Positions 18,104 to 27,112 of a DNA stretch of 39,735 nucleotides are shown here, piece by piece. Positions within the stretch are counted from its first letter, which is position 1. Every line of letters starts with the position of its first letter. Below the pieces are notes generated by a model. That model did not search any database and was not told the DNA's origin. It was given only the letters and a program-made list of their open reading frames with translations. The stretch lies in sequence record SRR20825006_1764. One strand, 5' to 3'. The position numbers and the translations under genes were made by a program.

Positions 18104-19255
18104 TCAGAGACCCGAAATCATCACTGCCTGATTGTCCCTGAGCCGCCACCAACCGCCCGAAACAACCAACTCGTCACCATTCAGGCCCTCCATGACGATA
18201 ATCTCGTCATTGACGGGAAGTCCCAGCCGGACCGTCCTGCGCGCGACCTGTCCGGAAGATTCCTGATAGATCCAGATGGACGGGTCGGTTCGGCTTGTCG
18301 TGTCCACCGCCGAAACCGGAACGATGACGGATTGCGGACGGTTTTCATCGGACGCGGCGGCGATGCGCACATCCGCTGTCATGCCGGGCAACAGACGTGA
18401 ATCGATATCACCGGTGATCGCAAATTCCACATCGTAGGTCTGGGCTGTCGGATCAGCGTCGGTCGAAAACGAACGCAGCACGAGTGGCACCGTGTACCCC
18501 GGTACCGCAGGAAAGCTCGCGACGATGTCGAACGCGTCGGGCGCAGAACGCGCAACTGCCGCAAGTTCTTCGGGCAGTGAAATCATGATCCGCATCTCGC
18601 TCACATCTTGCAGACGCGCCACCGGCGCGGCCGAGGTGACGTTGACGTACTCCTCGACGAAAGTACGCGCCACAATCGCGTCAAACGGTGCGGTGATCTG
18701 GGTCTGCGACAGACGCCGCTTGGCCTCGCGCAGTGCCACGTCTGCCTGTGCAAACTGGGCGCGCGCAGTATCGAGGCGCGAGTCGGCTGCGACCCCACGC
18801 TCGGCGAGACTTGAAGCGCGCTCAAGCTCGGAATTCGCGAGGTCGAACGAGGCCTGCGCCCGATCGACAGCCAAATCAAAATCAGCCTGATCGAGTTCCG
18901 CAATCACGTCGCCCTTGCGGATTCTGTCGCCCGGCTCGACATCGAGGGAAAAGATCTGCCCCGGCACCTGAAACGCGATGTCTACTGTGCGTGCAGGCTC
19001 GACCCGGCCCGCAACGGCCCGGGATTGATTGACCACGCGGCTGAGCGCACGCGTCACTTCGACCGTCACCGGCCGATCGGGTTCGGATGCTGTCTGCGTC
19101 TCGGCGTCGGTTTCCCCGGCATTCATTTCCGTCTGGGCGAATACACCCGTCAGGGACCCCGGAAGGAACGGCACGGCCAGGGCCGCTGCGGCCGCCAGCA
19201 CGATGACGAAAGCAACCCGCTTCCAGTTTTTGGTCTTCCTATTAGAGCTCATCAA
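18104..19255 (-). CDS. RND efflux periplasmic adaptor (membrane fusion protein)
   Basis: N-terminal anchor, lipoyl motifs IAFQVPG..GD.I.KG and ITAPFDA, and LLPGMTA. Confidence 0.92.
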   Translation of the reverse strand: MMSSNRKTKNWKRVAFVIVLAAAAALAVPFLPGSLTGVFAQTEMNAGETDAETQTASEPDRPVTVEVTRALSRVVNQSRAVAGRVEPARTVDIAFQVPGQIFSLDVEPGDRIRKGDVIAELDQADFDLAVDRAQASFDLANSELERASSLAERGVAADSRLDTARAQFAQADVALREAKRRLSQTQITAPFDAIVARTFVEEYVNVTSAAPVARLQDVSEMRIMISLPEELAAVARSAPDAFDIVASFPAVPGYTVPLVLRSFSTDADPTAQTYDVEFAITGDIDSRLLPGMTADVRIAAASDENRPQSVIVPVSAVDTTSRTDPSIWIYQESSGQVARRTVRLGLPVNDEIIVMEGLNGDELVVSGGWWRLRDNQAVMISGL

Positions 19256-19793
19256 TCATAGTCCTTAATCGTTCGATGACGCGTTCTCTGATTTCCGCGC
19301 CGCCGTCCGGAAGATTCAACAGCCGTTGGAACCGCAGACCCTGTATCGCCAGGACCGCGATCATGGCGGCCGGCGCGTCCTGCGTGTCTGTCAGTATACG
19401 TTCGAGGTCGCATGTTAGATCACTGCGAAGCGGATCAAGAAGCCGTGGATCCGAGGCGGCGGCCGCAAGGATTGCCATTGACAGGTCGTCGTCCACGTCT
19501 TTTGAGTGTATCACAATTTCAAGATGCCCGGTTAGAGTGCGCGCTGGATGCCGCACCGGTACATTCGCAAGAAGCTCCCGGTGCGCGGCCAGCATCTGAT
19601 CCAACAAGCTTGAAAGCAGCGCTTTCTTCGTCGGAAAGTTGTAGAGCACGCCGCCCTTGCTCAGCCCCGCCTCCTTTGCGACTGCTTCGATCGTAACTTT
19701 GCCCGCTCCTTCACGCGCAGCAATCGCGCGTGCAGCGCCGAGAATTCTCGGAGATGCGTTTCTCGATCCCGCTGACTGCCCTGGCTCATTCAC
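19242..19793 (-). CDS. TetR/AcrR family transcriptional regulator
   Basis: HTH ILGAA...TIEAVAKEAGLSKGGVLYNFPTK. Start uncertain (GTG 19793 chosen). Overlaps the MFP start. Confidence 0.85.
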   Translation of the reverse strand: MNEPGQSAGSRNASPRILGAARAIAAREGAGKVTIEAVAKEAGLSKGGVLYNFPTKKALLSSLLDQMLAAHRELLANVPVRHPARTLTGHLEIVIHSKDVDDDLSMAILAAAASDPRLLDPLRSDLTCDLERILTDTQDAPAAMIAVLAIQGLRFQRLLNLPDGGAEIRERVIERLRTMIDEL

Positions 19794-19799
19794 AACTGT

Positions 19800-19813
19800 A
19801 CCATCCGGTCGGT
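19800..19813. promoter_or_regulatory. Possible TetR autoregulatory operator
   Basis: Imperfect palindrome ACCATCCGGTCGGT directly upstream of the TetR start, overlapping a minus-strand TACAGT -10-like hexamer. Confidence 0.4.
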
Positions 19814-19937
19814 TTAGATTTTCGCGAGAGGTAGTCCGGGGCTGCATCAAGGTCAAGGTCTTGATCAAATCCGTCCTGAAACAGGGCACCGAGGCGTTCA
19901 TCAAACCGCAGAAGTGCCTAAATTTAGGCCTGTTACG

Positions 19938-20041
19938 CTAGGTATTACCCGCTGAGTAAATCCCTAGAAACACGTCAACCGCCCTTTCGGCATGCGCTGG
20001 CGCATCGATCGGCTGGCCAACCGCCAGCAGTCTGGGCATGA
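19938..20041 (-). pseudogene. 3' remnant of a gene truncated by IS6 (resembles a TetR C-terminal domain)
   Basis: Frame open from the IS end reads MPRLLAVGQPIDAPAHAERAVDVFLGIYSAGNT*, with AVxxFLxxY like the last helix of many TetR proteins. A perfect palindrome GCCTAAATTTAGGC (19916-19929) follows. Confidence 0.45.
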
Positions 20042-20852
20042 GGCATTGCCAACTTAACGGCACTGACCTGTAACGGTGACCAGGGGCGATTTTCTCAGGC
20101 GGTCATTTCGAGCGCATAACCTTGCCACAGGTCGAAGGCATCGGACCTTGCGTGGCGGTATGAGATGTTGGAGAGGCGGTAGCGTCGGGGTCTGAACATC
20201 GTGTTGATTTGATCGTGGGCCGCGAGAAACCTTTGCGTCTGTCGGATCGATTTGAAGCGACCCATGACCTTCTCTCGTTTGCGGGTCGGCCGATGCGAAC
20301 CCTCGATGCGGTTGTTGAGCCCTTTGTGTGCCCGATGGTCAGCTTCTGGCGCGAGGGTCCGGATCGGTTTGAGGTAACTGCGCAATTTGTCCGTAACGAC
20401 GACACGCGGTTTGCCAAAGCGGGCGATCAGCCGCGTAAGGAAACGCTTGGCAGCTTTAGCGTTCCGGCGCGGCTGCACAAGGATATCCAGCACGTCCCCG
20501 TTCGCATCCACCGCTCGCCACAACCACTGCTTCACGCCGCTGATCGGAACGACGACTTCATCCAGATGCCATTTGTCTGCAGCTGTGGGACGGTCACGCT
20601 TGATGCATTCGGCGAAATGCAGACCAAATCGGTTCACCCATTTGCGCACGGTTTCCCGGCTGACGGTTATACCGCGTTCAGCCAGCAGATCCTCGACGTC
20701 CGCCGTGCTGAGCGCGAAGCGATGATAGGCCCATATGGCATAGGCCACGACTTCACGGGGGAAACGATAGCCCTTCAGGCGCGGCATCTCAGATGGTATC
20801 CTCATGACAAAACGCTAGTCGCGCCAAGGTGCGGTAGCAAGTTGGCAATGCC
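20042..20852 (-). mobile_element. IS6-family insertion sequence (811 bp)
   Basis: Perfect 14-bp terminal inverted repeats GGCATTGCCAACTT (20042-20055) and AAGTTGGCAATGCC (20839-20852) around one transposase. No flanking direct repeat. Confidence 0.93.
20095..20805 (-). CDS. IS6 family DDE transposase, apparently intact
   Basis: KGYRFPREV, WHLDEV, WLWRAVD, VVTDK and NNRIEGSHR motifs; 236 aa. Confidence 0.95.
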   Translation of the reverse strand: MRIPSEMPRLKGYRFPREVVAYAIWAYHRFALSTADVEDLLAERGITVSRETVRKWVNRFGLHFAECIKRDRPTAADKWHLDEVVVPISGVKQWLWRAVDANGDVLDILVQPRRNAKAAKRFLTRLIARFGKPRVVVTDKLRSYLKPIRTLAPEADHRAHKGLNNRIEGSHRPTRKREKVMGRFKSIRQTQRFLAAHDQINTMFRPRRYRLSNISYRHARSDAFDLWQGYALEMTA

Positions 20853-20918
20853 TAAGCGAACCTTAAATGCCCTACCTCGACGGCATTTTTCCGAGACCTG
20901 GACTGCTCGCTTTCCGGA

Positions 20919-21665
20919 TCATGCGGCCTCGCGATCCGTTTTGATCGGCTTGGCCGAAGGCAACACGATCACAGAAGACCCATGCACTGCACGCTTGTGC
21001 AGGTCGATAACATCATGGTTGAGCATCCGGATGCAGCCGGACGAAACTGCCTTGCCCAACTCCTGCGGGGATGCGCTGCCGTGGACACGATACAGCGTGT
21101 CCTTGCCGTTCTGAAACAGATATAGCGCCCGCGCGCCCATCGGGTTGTCCGGTCCAGGATCCATGCCACCGTTGGCTACGGAATAGGGCTCAAGCTTCGG
21201 TTGCCGCGCGATCATCGTCGCGGGCACTTTCCATCGTGGCCATTCCCGGCAGAATTGCAGGCGCGCCGCGCCCTCCCACGCAAAACCCGCCGCCCCCACG
21301 CTGACGCCGTAGCGCATTGCGGTATCCGGCCCCTGTACGAAATGCAAAAGCGCCGCGTCGGGATCGATCACGATAGTGCCCCGAGCGCGCTCGGGGAAAG
21401 GATTGATCACCTCCTGCCGCCAAAGGCGGGGCGCGATAATACCATCGGGCAAGCCAGGTATCGGCCAAGGCTCCGTCGTGATCGGGCCGTAAAAGGCGGG
21501 CAGCGGCGGATATACCGGCGCAGGGGGCGGCGCAGCCCGTGTCGGAGGTGCAGACGGTTTGCGAGCGCAGGCCGCAAGACCGCCCGCTCCGGCGAGCGCG
21601 ATGAACGAGCGTCGGGTCAAAAGAGATACTGTCGTCTTAGGGATGGGCGGGGTAGTGATATTCAT
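20919..21665 (-). CDS. L,D-transpeptidase (YkuD/ErfK family), Tat-type/lipoprotein signal
   Basis: TRRSF...LAAC signal; NPMGARALYL, YRVHG and SSGCIRM catalytic His/Cys. ATGA overlap with the dsbA-like gene. Confidence 0.92.
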   Translation of the reverse strand: MNITTPPIPKTTVSLLTRRSFIALAGAGGLAACARKPSAPPTRAAPPPAPVYPPLPAFYGPITTEPWPIPGLPDGIIAPRLWRQEVINPFPERARGTIVIDPDAALLHFVQGPDTAMRYGVSVGAAGFAWEGAARLQFCREWPRWKVPATMIARQPKLEPYSVANGGMDPGPDNPMGARALYLFQNGKDTLYRVHGSASPQELGKAVSSGCIRMLNHDVIDLHKRAVHGSSVIVLPSAKPIKTDREAA

Positions 21666-22294
21666 GTGCGGCTTGCCTCAATAGCCTCGCGCAGGGCCTC
21701 ACGGTCCATCGAACCCGGATAGATCGAGGCACCGATGATAAACGCCGGCGTACCGCGCAGGCCCAGCTGCGTGGCCTGAAAGCTGTTGCGTGAGAGTAGC
21801 CCATCCCATTTACCCCGATTGGCACGATAGGCCGCATCCAGTTCAGTCGGATCGAGGCCCGCCTCCTCAAGCGCCTCCTCTATGGCCGCGTCCGAAAGCC
21901 GCCCTTCCGTTGCCATTAGGGTTTCCAAGGCCAGCTCATACCCGCCCACGTCCACGGCGCCCAAAGCGAGCTGGGTTGCACGGACGGAGGGTGCGCCAAA
22001 AATCGGCCAGTCCTTGAGCACAAGGCGCACATCGCCGTCTTCTTCCACAACCTCGGTCAACACGGGATGGTTTGCCTTGCAATAGGGGCATTGGTAATCG
22101 AAGAATTCCACGATGGTGACGCTGCCCTGTGGATTTCCGAGCACTGGATTATCGGGGTCGAACAGAACATCCTCGACCGTGAGCTCCTGCGCCTCGAGCT
22201 GCCGCGCGGGAGGTATCAACGTCATACCCAGCAGCGCCGCCGTTCCGCCGACACCGCCCGCAAGCAGCATGTTTCTACGGTTCAAATAAGTCAT
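21662..22294 (-). CDS. DsbA-fold thiol:disulfide oxidoreductase (ScsC/Com1/DsbG-like)
   Basis: VTIVEFFDYQCPYC, GTP cis-Pro loop and N-terminal NRRNMLL twin-arginine-like signal. Confidence 0.9.
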   Translation of the reverse strand: MTYLNRRNMLLAGGVGGTAALLGMTLIPPARQLEAQELTVEDVLFDPDNPVLGNPQGSVTIVEFFDYQCPYCKANHPVLTEVVEEDGDVRLVLKDWPIFGAPSVRATQLALGAVDVGGYELALETLMATEGRLSDAAIEEALEEAGLDPTELDAAYRANRGKWDGLLSRNSFQATQLGLRGTPAFIIGASIYPGSMDREALREAIEASRT

Positions 22295-22322
22295 CTTGGT
22301 TCTCCTTTCTGATGATTCGATT

Positions 22323-23141
22323 TCATTGCGAGGCCTTCCGGCGCAGGTCGTCGATGGCCGCTAGCAAGGCCGCGCGCGAAATTTCTCCGGTGTGGACGGC
22401 CTGGAGGCTGCCGTCAGCCGCAAAAAACAGGGTACTGGGCAGCCCGAGCATGCCGAACTTTTGCATGAGGGCGGAGTCCGGGTCGCGGATCATTCCGTCG
22501 GCAGGCAGATCGTTCAGGACGAGATACTCGCCGATGACGCTATCCCGCTCGCCCTGATTGGCGAAAATGATATCGACGTCGCCCTGGGATTGCGCCACAT
22601 CAGTCATCATCGGCATCTCGCGGCGGCACGGCGGGCACCACGTCGCCCAAAGGTTCAGAACAACAGGCACGTCGCGGTTTGCCAGCGAGATCGGCGCACC
22701 GGATAGATCCTCGAATGCAGTGATGGGAAGCCGTCCCCGCGTCTCATCCGGTAACAACAAAGTCGCGACGGTAAAGACAAGAAACGCCATGCCGACACTG
22801 CCGAGGACGGGACCACCGGCGCGGGATTGACTGAGGAAGGCCGCGAACAGCGTTGCACCGAGGCCGAACGTTCCAGCCCGGATGTCGAAGCCACCTTGCC
22901 AGATCGCAAAGACGCTTAGCGGCGCGGACGCAAAAACGTCCCAATGTGCGACCACGTAGCCAAGTCGCGCGGTGATGACCCAGATTACGAAAACGGCACC
23001 GGTCCAACGGTGGATCGCATCGCGGCGGCCACGGTTCCGCCATGCGAGGAGCTCGGCGACGCCAAGAAACGCAATGACCGTCAAAACCGCGATAAAACGG
23101 TCATTGGAAAATACGAACGGACCGATGGAGATCGCGTTCAT
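22323..23141 (-). CDS. TlpA/DsbE-like disulfide reductase with an N-terminal Lgt-like membrane domain
   Basis: VVLNLWATWCPPCRREMP; N-terminal TM segments with ARLGYV and AIWQGGF. Confidence 0.9.
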   Translation of the reverse strand: MNAISIGPFVFSNDRFIAVLTVIAFLGVAELLAWRNRGRRDAIHRWTGAVFVIWVITARLGYVVAHWDVFASAPLSVFAIWQGGFDIRAGTFGLGATLFAAFLSQSRAGGPVLGSVGMAFLVFTVATLLLPDETRGRLPITAFEDLSGAPISLANRDVPVVLNLWATWCPPCRREMPMMTDVAQSQGDVDIIFANQGERDSVIGEYLVLNDLPADGMIRDPDSALMQKFGMLGLPSTLFFAADGSLQAVHTGEISRAALLAAIDDLRRKASQ

Positions 23142-24928
23142 CGGACTGCCTCCACCGCGGCCTGCACGGCGCGAGGACCGGTATCGCCAACGATGCGTGT
23201 GCCCGAGCGCTCAACCCTGTTACGGTCCAGAAAGACCATGGTCGGTGGTCCGACCGCTGCCAACCGATCCAGCATACGCTGCCCGTCCTCACCGAAATCC
23301 GTCACGTCCACCGCGATCAGGTTCACATCAGCCAGTGCCGCCTGCACGCTCGCATCTGACCAGACGTCGCGTTCGATGACCCGGCAAGTTACGCACCAGT
23401 CCGCAGTGACATAGACCAATGCGGGCGCATCGGGTTCGCCGGCAAGTGCCGCGTCCAGTGCATCGGGCGTCGTCACCGTATGGAAGGCAATCTGTTCGTT
23501 GGTTGGCCCTGCAATGCCGTTCTGCAACACTGCCAACGGGCGCAGCGGATCGTTGCCTCCCAAGGCCGCGCCGACGGCCATGATCGCACCGGTAAGCATC
23601 GACAGGACTGCGAGAGTTTTTACACCCCGGCGTCCCATGTCGGCCTCTTTGGGCAGCAGGTCCATTGCACCTGCGAACACCCCTGCCCCAATCAGCAATG
23701 TCGCCCAAAGTGCGAGGATCACCGGCCCTGGCATAAGTCGTCCGATCAGCCAGATCGCCATGCCGAGAAAGATGAGACCGAACAGACGCTTCACCCCGTC
23801 CATCCATCCGCCCGCCCGCGGCAGCACCTGTGTGCCAAGCGTACCGGCAATCATCAGCGGGATGCCTTGCCCCAGCCCCAGTGCGAACAGCGCACCGGCC
23901 CCAAGGGTGACATCTCCCGTGCCGGCGATGTACAAGAGCGCGCCCGCCAACGGTGCGGTCACGCAAGGCCCCACGATCAGCGCCGAGGTAAAGCCGAGCG
24001 TCGCCGCCCCACCAAAAGTCCCACCCCGGCTCGCTCCGGCAGAGGACAGGCGCCGTGTCCATGCGGCGGGCAGTTGCACTTCGAACAGTCCGAACATCGA
24101 CAAGGCCAGAACCACAAAAATCGCGGCAACACCGTAGACGGCCGCAGGCGATTGCAGCACGATCTGCAGGTTCTGTCCCGACCAGGCTGCCGCAACGCCG
24201 AGCAGACCGAAGGCGGACGCCATGGCCAGAACATAAACCCCGGAAAGGGCGGCACCGCGCCGGACTGTCAGGTCACGGCCCTGTCCCGTCAATATCCCCG
24301 CGAGGATCGGGAACATGGGGAACACGCATGGTGTGAACGCCAGCAGCAGCCCGAACCCCAAGAACCCGGCTAATACCATCAAGGTGCCGCCGCGTGCATG
24401 CAGTCCCTCGATCATACCGTTGTCTTGCGCCAGTGCCACGCCGTCGCTCACAGGGGCCGTTGAGGTGCCTTCGACAGCGGCCAAGGTTTCAGAAACCGGA
24501 GGATAGCAGATGCCGCCGTTCTGACAGCCCTGCCATGTCACGGTCACGGGGCCATCCACCGGTCCCATGACCGCTTGTGCGCTACTCGAGTAAATCTCGA
24601 CCGACCCGAATGTCGGATCGTCCATCGAGGCTCCCGCTGGCGTCTGCAGTGGAATCGGCGTTCCACTCTCACTTTGTGCGCCTAGTTTATCGCGGTAGAG
24701 GTAGTATCCCTCGGCAATTTCCCAAGACAGAATGCGCGTTCCGTCGGGTTGCTCGGAAACGCTGAGTGCAAATGCTTCTTGCGCAGGGAGCGGTCGATCA
24801 GACGAGAAGATTGAAGATTGAGCCGCCATCGGCGATGCGGACATGAGGGCAATCACCACTGCAAGCAGGGCGATCAGCGCGCTCTGGGTGGCGCGGAACA
24901 GTATCAGGGTCATTTTCATGTCGCTCAA
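23138..24928 (-). CDS. dsbD: Protein-disulfide reductase DsbD (alpha, beta and gamma domains)
   Basis: GYYLYRDK and QGC...CYPP (alpha), FTPCVFPM and GPCVTAP (beta), ADWCVTC (gamma). Confidence 0.93.
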   Translation of the reverse strand: MSDMKMTLILFRATQSALIALLAVVIALMSASPMAAQSSIFSSDRPLPAQEAFALSVSEQPDGTRILSWEIAEGYYLYRDKLGAQSESGTPIPLQTPAGASMDDPTFGSVEIYSSSAQAVMGPVDGPVTVTWQGCQNGGICYPPVSETLAAVEGTSTAPVSDGVALAQDNGMIEGLHARGGTLMVLAGFLGFGLLLAFTPCVFPMFPILAGILTGQGRDLTVRRGAALSGVYVLAMASAFGLLGVAAAWSGQNLQIVLQSPAAVYGVAAIFVVLALSMFGLFEVQLPAAWTRRLSSAGASRGGTFGGAATLGFTSALIVGPCVTAPLAGALLYIAGTGDVTLGAGALFALGLGQGIPLMIAGTLGTQVLPRAGGWMDGVKRLFGLIFLGMAIWLIGRLMPGPVILALWATLLIGAGVFAGAMDLLPKEADMGRRGVKTLAVLSMLTGAIMAVGAALGGNDPLRPLAVLQNGIAGPTNEQIAFHTVTTPDALDAALAGEPDAPALVYVTADWCVTCRVIERDVWSDASVQAALADVNLIAVDVTDFGEDGQRMLDRLAAVGPPTMVFLDRNRVERSGTRIVGDTGPRAVQAAVEAVR

Positions 24929-24939
24929 ATTGCCCTCCA

Positions 24940-24960
24940 GCCTTAAGCAGGGCTTAAGGC
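24940..24960. promoter_or_regulatory. OmpR/PmrA-type response-regulator box in the dsbD/regulator divergent promoter
   Basis: CTTAAG-N5-CTTAAG direct repeat (24942-24958), also palindromic GCCTTAAGC-agg-GCTTAAGGC. Matches the PmrA/QseB-type YTTAAK-N5-YTTAAK pattern. Confidence 0.7.
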
Positions 24961-25002
24961 TGACAGTACATTTGCCTAATTCGCCGGAAAGGAGATCAGA
25001 AC

Positions 25003-25668
25003 GTGCGGATACTGATTGTCGAAGACGACGCGACGCTGGCCAATGGCCTGACGGTTGGCCTGCGCCTGTCGGGCTTCACGCCGGAACTGGTCGAAACCTG
25101 CGCAGATGCAAAGGCAGCACTTTCGCAGGGCGGGTTTGCCGCCGTGGTCCTCGATATTTTGCTCCCGGATGGCTCCGGCCTCGATATCCTCTCCGGCATG
25201 CGCGAAGAGCACGACGCCACTCCTACTTTGTTGTTGACAGCCCTGGATCAAATTCGGGACCGGATTGCGGGCCTCGATCTTGGTGCGGACGACTATCTCG
25301 GCAAACCCTTCGATCTGGACGAGGTGGCTGCGCGCCTGCGCTCCATAGTGCGACGGTCGGAAGGACGTGCGCAGGCAAGGCTTGAATGGAACGGTCTGAG
25401 CGTCGATCCCGCGAGGATGTCCGGCAGCCTCGGTGGTCAAGACATCAGTTTTTCCCCGCGCGAGTTTGTGATCTTGCGCGCCTTGCTCGAACGGCCGGGT
25501 GCGATCCTGTCGAAATCCACCCTCGAAGAGCGCCTCTACGGCTGGCAGGAGGGTGTAGAGAGCAACGCGGTCGAAGTGCATGTCCACAATCTGCGCGCTA
25601 AATTGGGCGCGTCCTTTATCGAGACCGTACGTGGTGCCGGATACAAGGTGCGAAAGGAGGTCGTATGA
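25003..25668 (+). CDS. OmpR-family response regulator (QseB/PmrA/DsbR-like)
   Basis: MRILIVEDD, LDILLPDGSG, GADDYLGKPF and SNAVEVHVHNLRAKLG motifs. Confidence 0.93.
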   Translation: MRILIVEDDATLANGLTVGLRLSGFTPELVETCADAKAALSQGGFAAVVLDILLPDGSGLDILSGMREEHDATPTLLLTALDQIRDRIAGLDLGADDYLGKPFDLDEVAARLRSIVRRSEGRAQARLEWNGLSVDPARMSGSLGGQDISFSPREFVILRALLERPGAILSKSTLEERLYGWQEGVESNAVEVHVHNLRAKLGASFIETVRGAGYKVRKEVV

Positions 25669-27017
25669 ATTCGATCCGCGTCCGGCTCTTTGCAATTTTG
25701 ATGATGGCAACGGGGGCAATCTGGTGTTCGGCGTTCTTCTGGATCCAGCAATCCACCCGCGCGGACGTGGGACGTGTTCTTGACGCGCGGCTGGCCGAAG
25801 CGGGACAGATGGTTTCTTCCCTTATCTCGGACCAGCGCATTGACGTCGCACGTGCGGCCACCATCGTGACGGACATTCCCGCCGCGGACGACCGCCTCGG
25901 CGCTGAATATTCTCACAGGCTGTCCTGTCAGATCTGGTCACTGGACGGTACACTCGTGGGCCGTTCCGGCAGCGCTCCCGAGGGGCAGCTTTCCTCTTTG
26001 GATACTGGCTTTGCCGACAATACAGTCGATGGCGAGAAGTGGCGCGTCTATTCGGTGGTTAACGAGGTCCTCGGTGTGCGCGTCATGGTTGGCGATAGCC
26101 ACACCGTGCGCGACCGGTTGGTGCGTGACGTGACGAGAGGGCTCATTCTGCCGGCGTTAGTAATCCTGCCGTTGCTTGCAGGCCTGATCTGGCTCAGTGT
26201 GCAGCGGGGACTCCTGCCGCTTGAGCGATTGGCCACTGGTCTTTCGCAACGCACAGCAGACAATCTTTCGCCTGTCGCCGCAGAAACCCTGCCGCGGGAA
26301 ATCCGGCCAGTCGGCGCGGCATTAAACGGTCTCTTCGGCCGCGTCAGCGCCGCGCGAGACAGAGAGAAAGCGTTCACCGCTTTCGCCGCTCATGAGCTGA
26401 AGACGCCCCTCGCTGGGATCAAGACACAGGCACAGGTCGCGCTGAAGGCTCCCGATCAGGAAACGCGCACCGGTGCGCTTGAGCGCATCCAGTATGGCGT
26501 CGATCGGACTGATCGAATGGTGCGTCAACTCCTTGCGCTGGCACTCGTAGACAGTACGGACGTTAGCAAACTTGAGCCCGTCGATGTGTCGGCGGTTCTG
26601 CACGATGTCGTGGATGATCTGTCCCGCCGCGCCGCGAAAAAACGCGTCGCAGTAAGTTTGCCTGATGCGCGCCCCGTGATAAAAGAAAGTGATCCCATCC
26701 TTTTGACAGCGGCGCTTCGCAACGTGATCGAGAATGCCATTGCCGTAGCACCTGCGGATAGTACTGTCGAGATAACGATGGAGGCTCTGAATGAGTACCT
26801 CCGCATTGTCGTGATGGACCGGGGTCCCGGCATTGCGAACGATGATCGGGAGAAAATAACTGACAGGTTCTTCCGTGGGGTAGGTGCGACCGAAAACGGT
26901 AGCGGACTGGGCCTTGCAATCGTGGAGACCGCCGTGAAGCGCCTCGGCGGCCGACTGACGTTCGCGGCGCGCGAAGGGGGCGGCGAAACGGTCAGCCTGC
27001 ATTTCGACCGACGGTAA
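25665..27017 (+). CDS. Sensor histidine kinase (QseC/DsbS-like)
   Basis: Two TM segments, periplasmic LSCQIWS, AAHELKTPL H-box, and N, G1 (DRGPGI) and G2 (GSGLGL) boxes. Confidence 0.93.
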   Translation: MNSIRVRLFAILMMATGAIWCSAFFWIQQSTRADVGRVLDARLAEAGQMVSSLISDQRIDVARAATIVTDIPAADDRLGAEYSHRLSCQIWSLDGTLVGRSGSAPEGQLSSLDTGFADNTVDGEKWRVYSVVNEVLGVRVMVGDSHTVRDRLVRDVTRGLILPALVILPLLAGLIWLSVQRGLLPLERLATGLSQRTADNLSPVAAETLPREIRPVGAALNGLFGRVSAARDREKAFTAFAAHELKTPLAGIKTQAQVALKAPDQETRTGALERIQYGVDRTDRMVRQLLALALVDSTDVSKLEPVDVSAVLHDVVDDLSRRAAKKRVAVSLPDARPVIKESDPILLTAALRNVIENAIAVAPADSTVEITMEALNEYLRIVVMDRGPGIANDDREKITDRFFRGVGATENGSGLGLAIVETAVKRLGGRLTFAAREGGGETVSLHFDRR

Positions 27018-27112
27018 TGATCATTCCGCTTCCGCCGACGGGCTGCCAGAAGACCGGGAGAGTGATGGAAACACGAGCTATTTTCATCTTTGTCAGGCAA
27101 ACGGAGAGTTAA

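Noticed and set aside
19750-19789. Out-of-frame ATG at 19789 suggesting a frameshifted TetR
   Set aside because: An in-frame GTG at 19793 gives a complete HTH, so there is no evidence of a frameshift.
20209-21114. 301-aa plus-strand ORF across IS6
   Set aside because: Antisense to the transposase and LDT, and it crosses the IS end.
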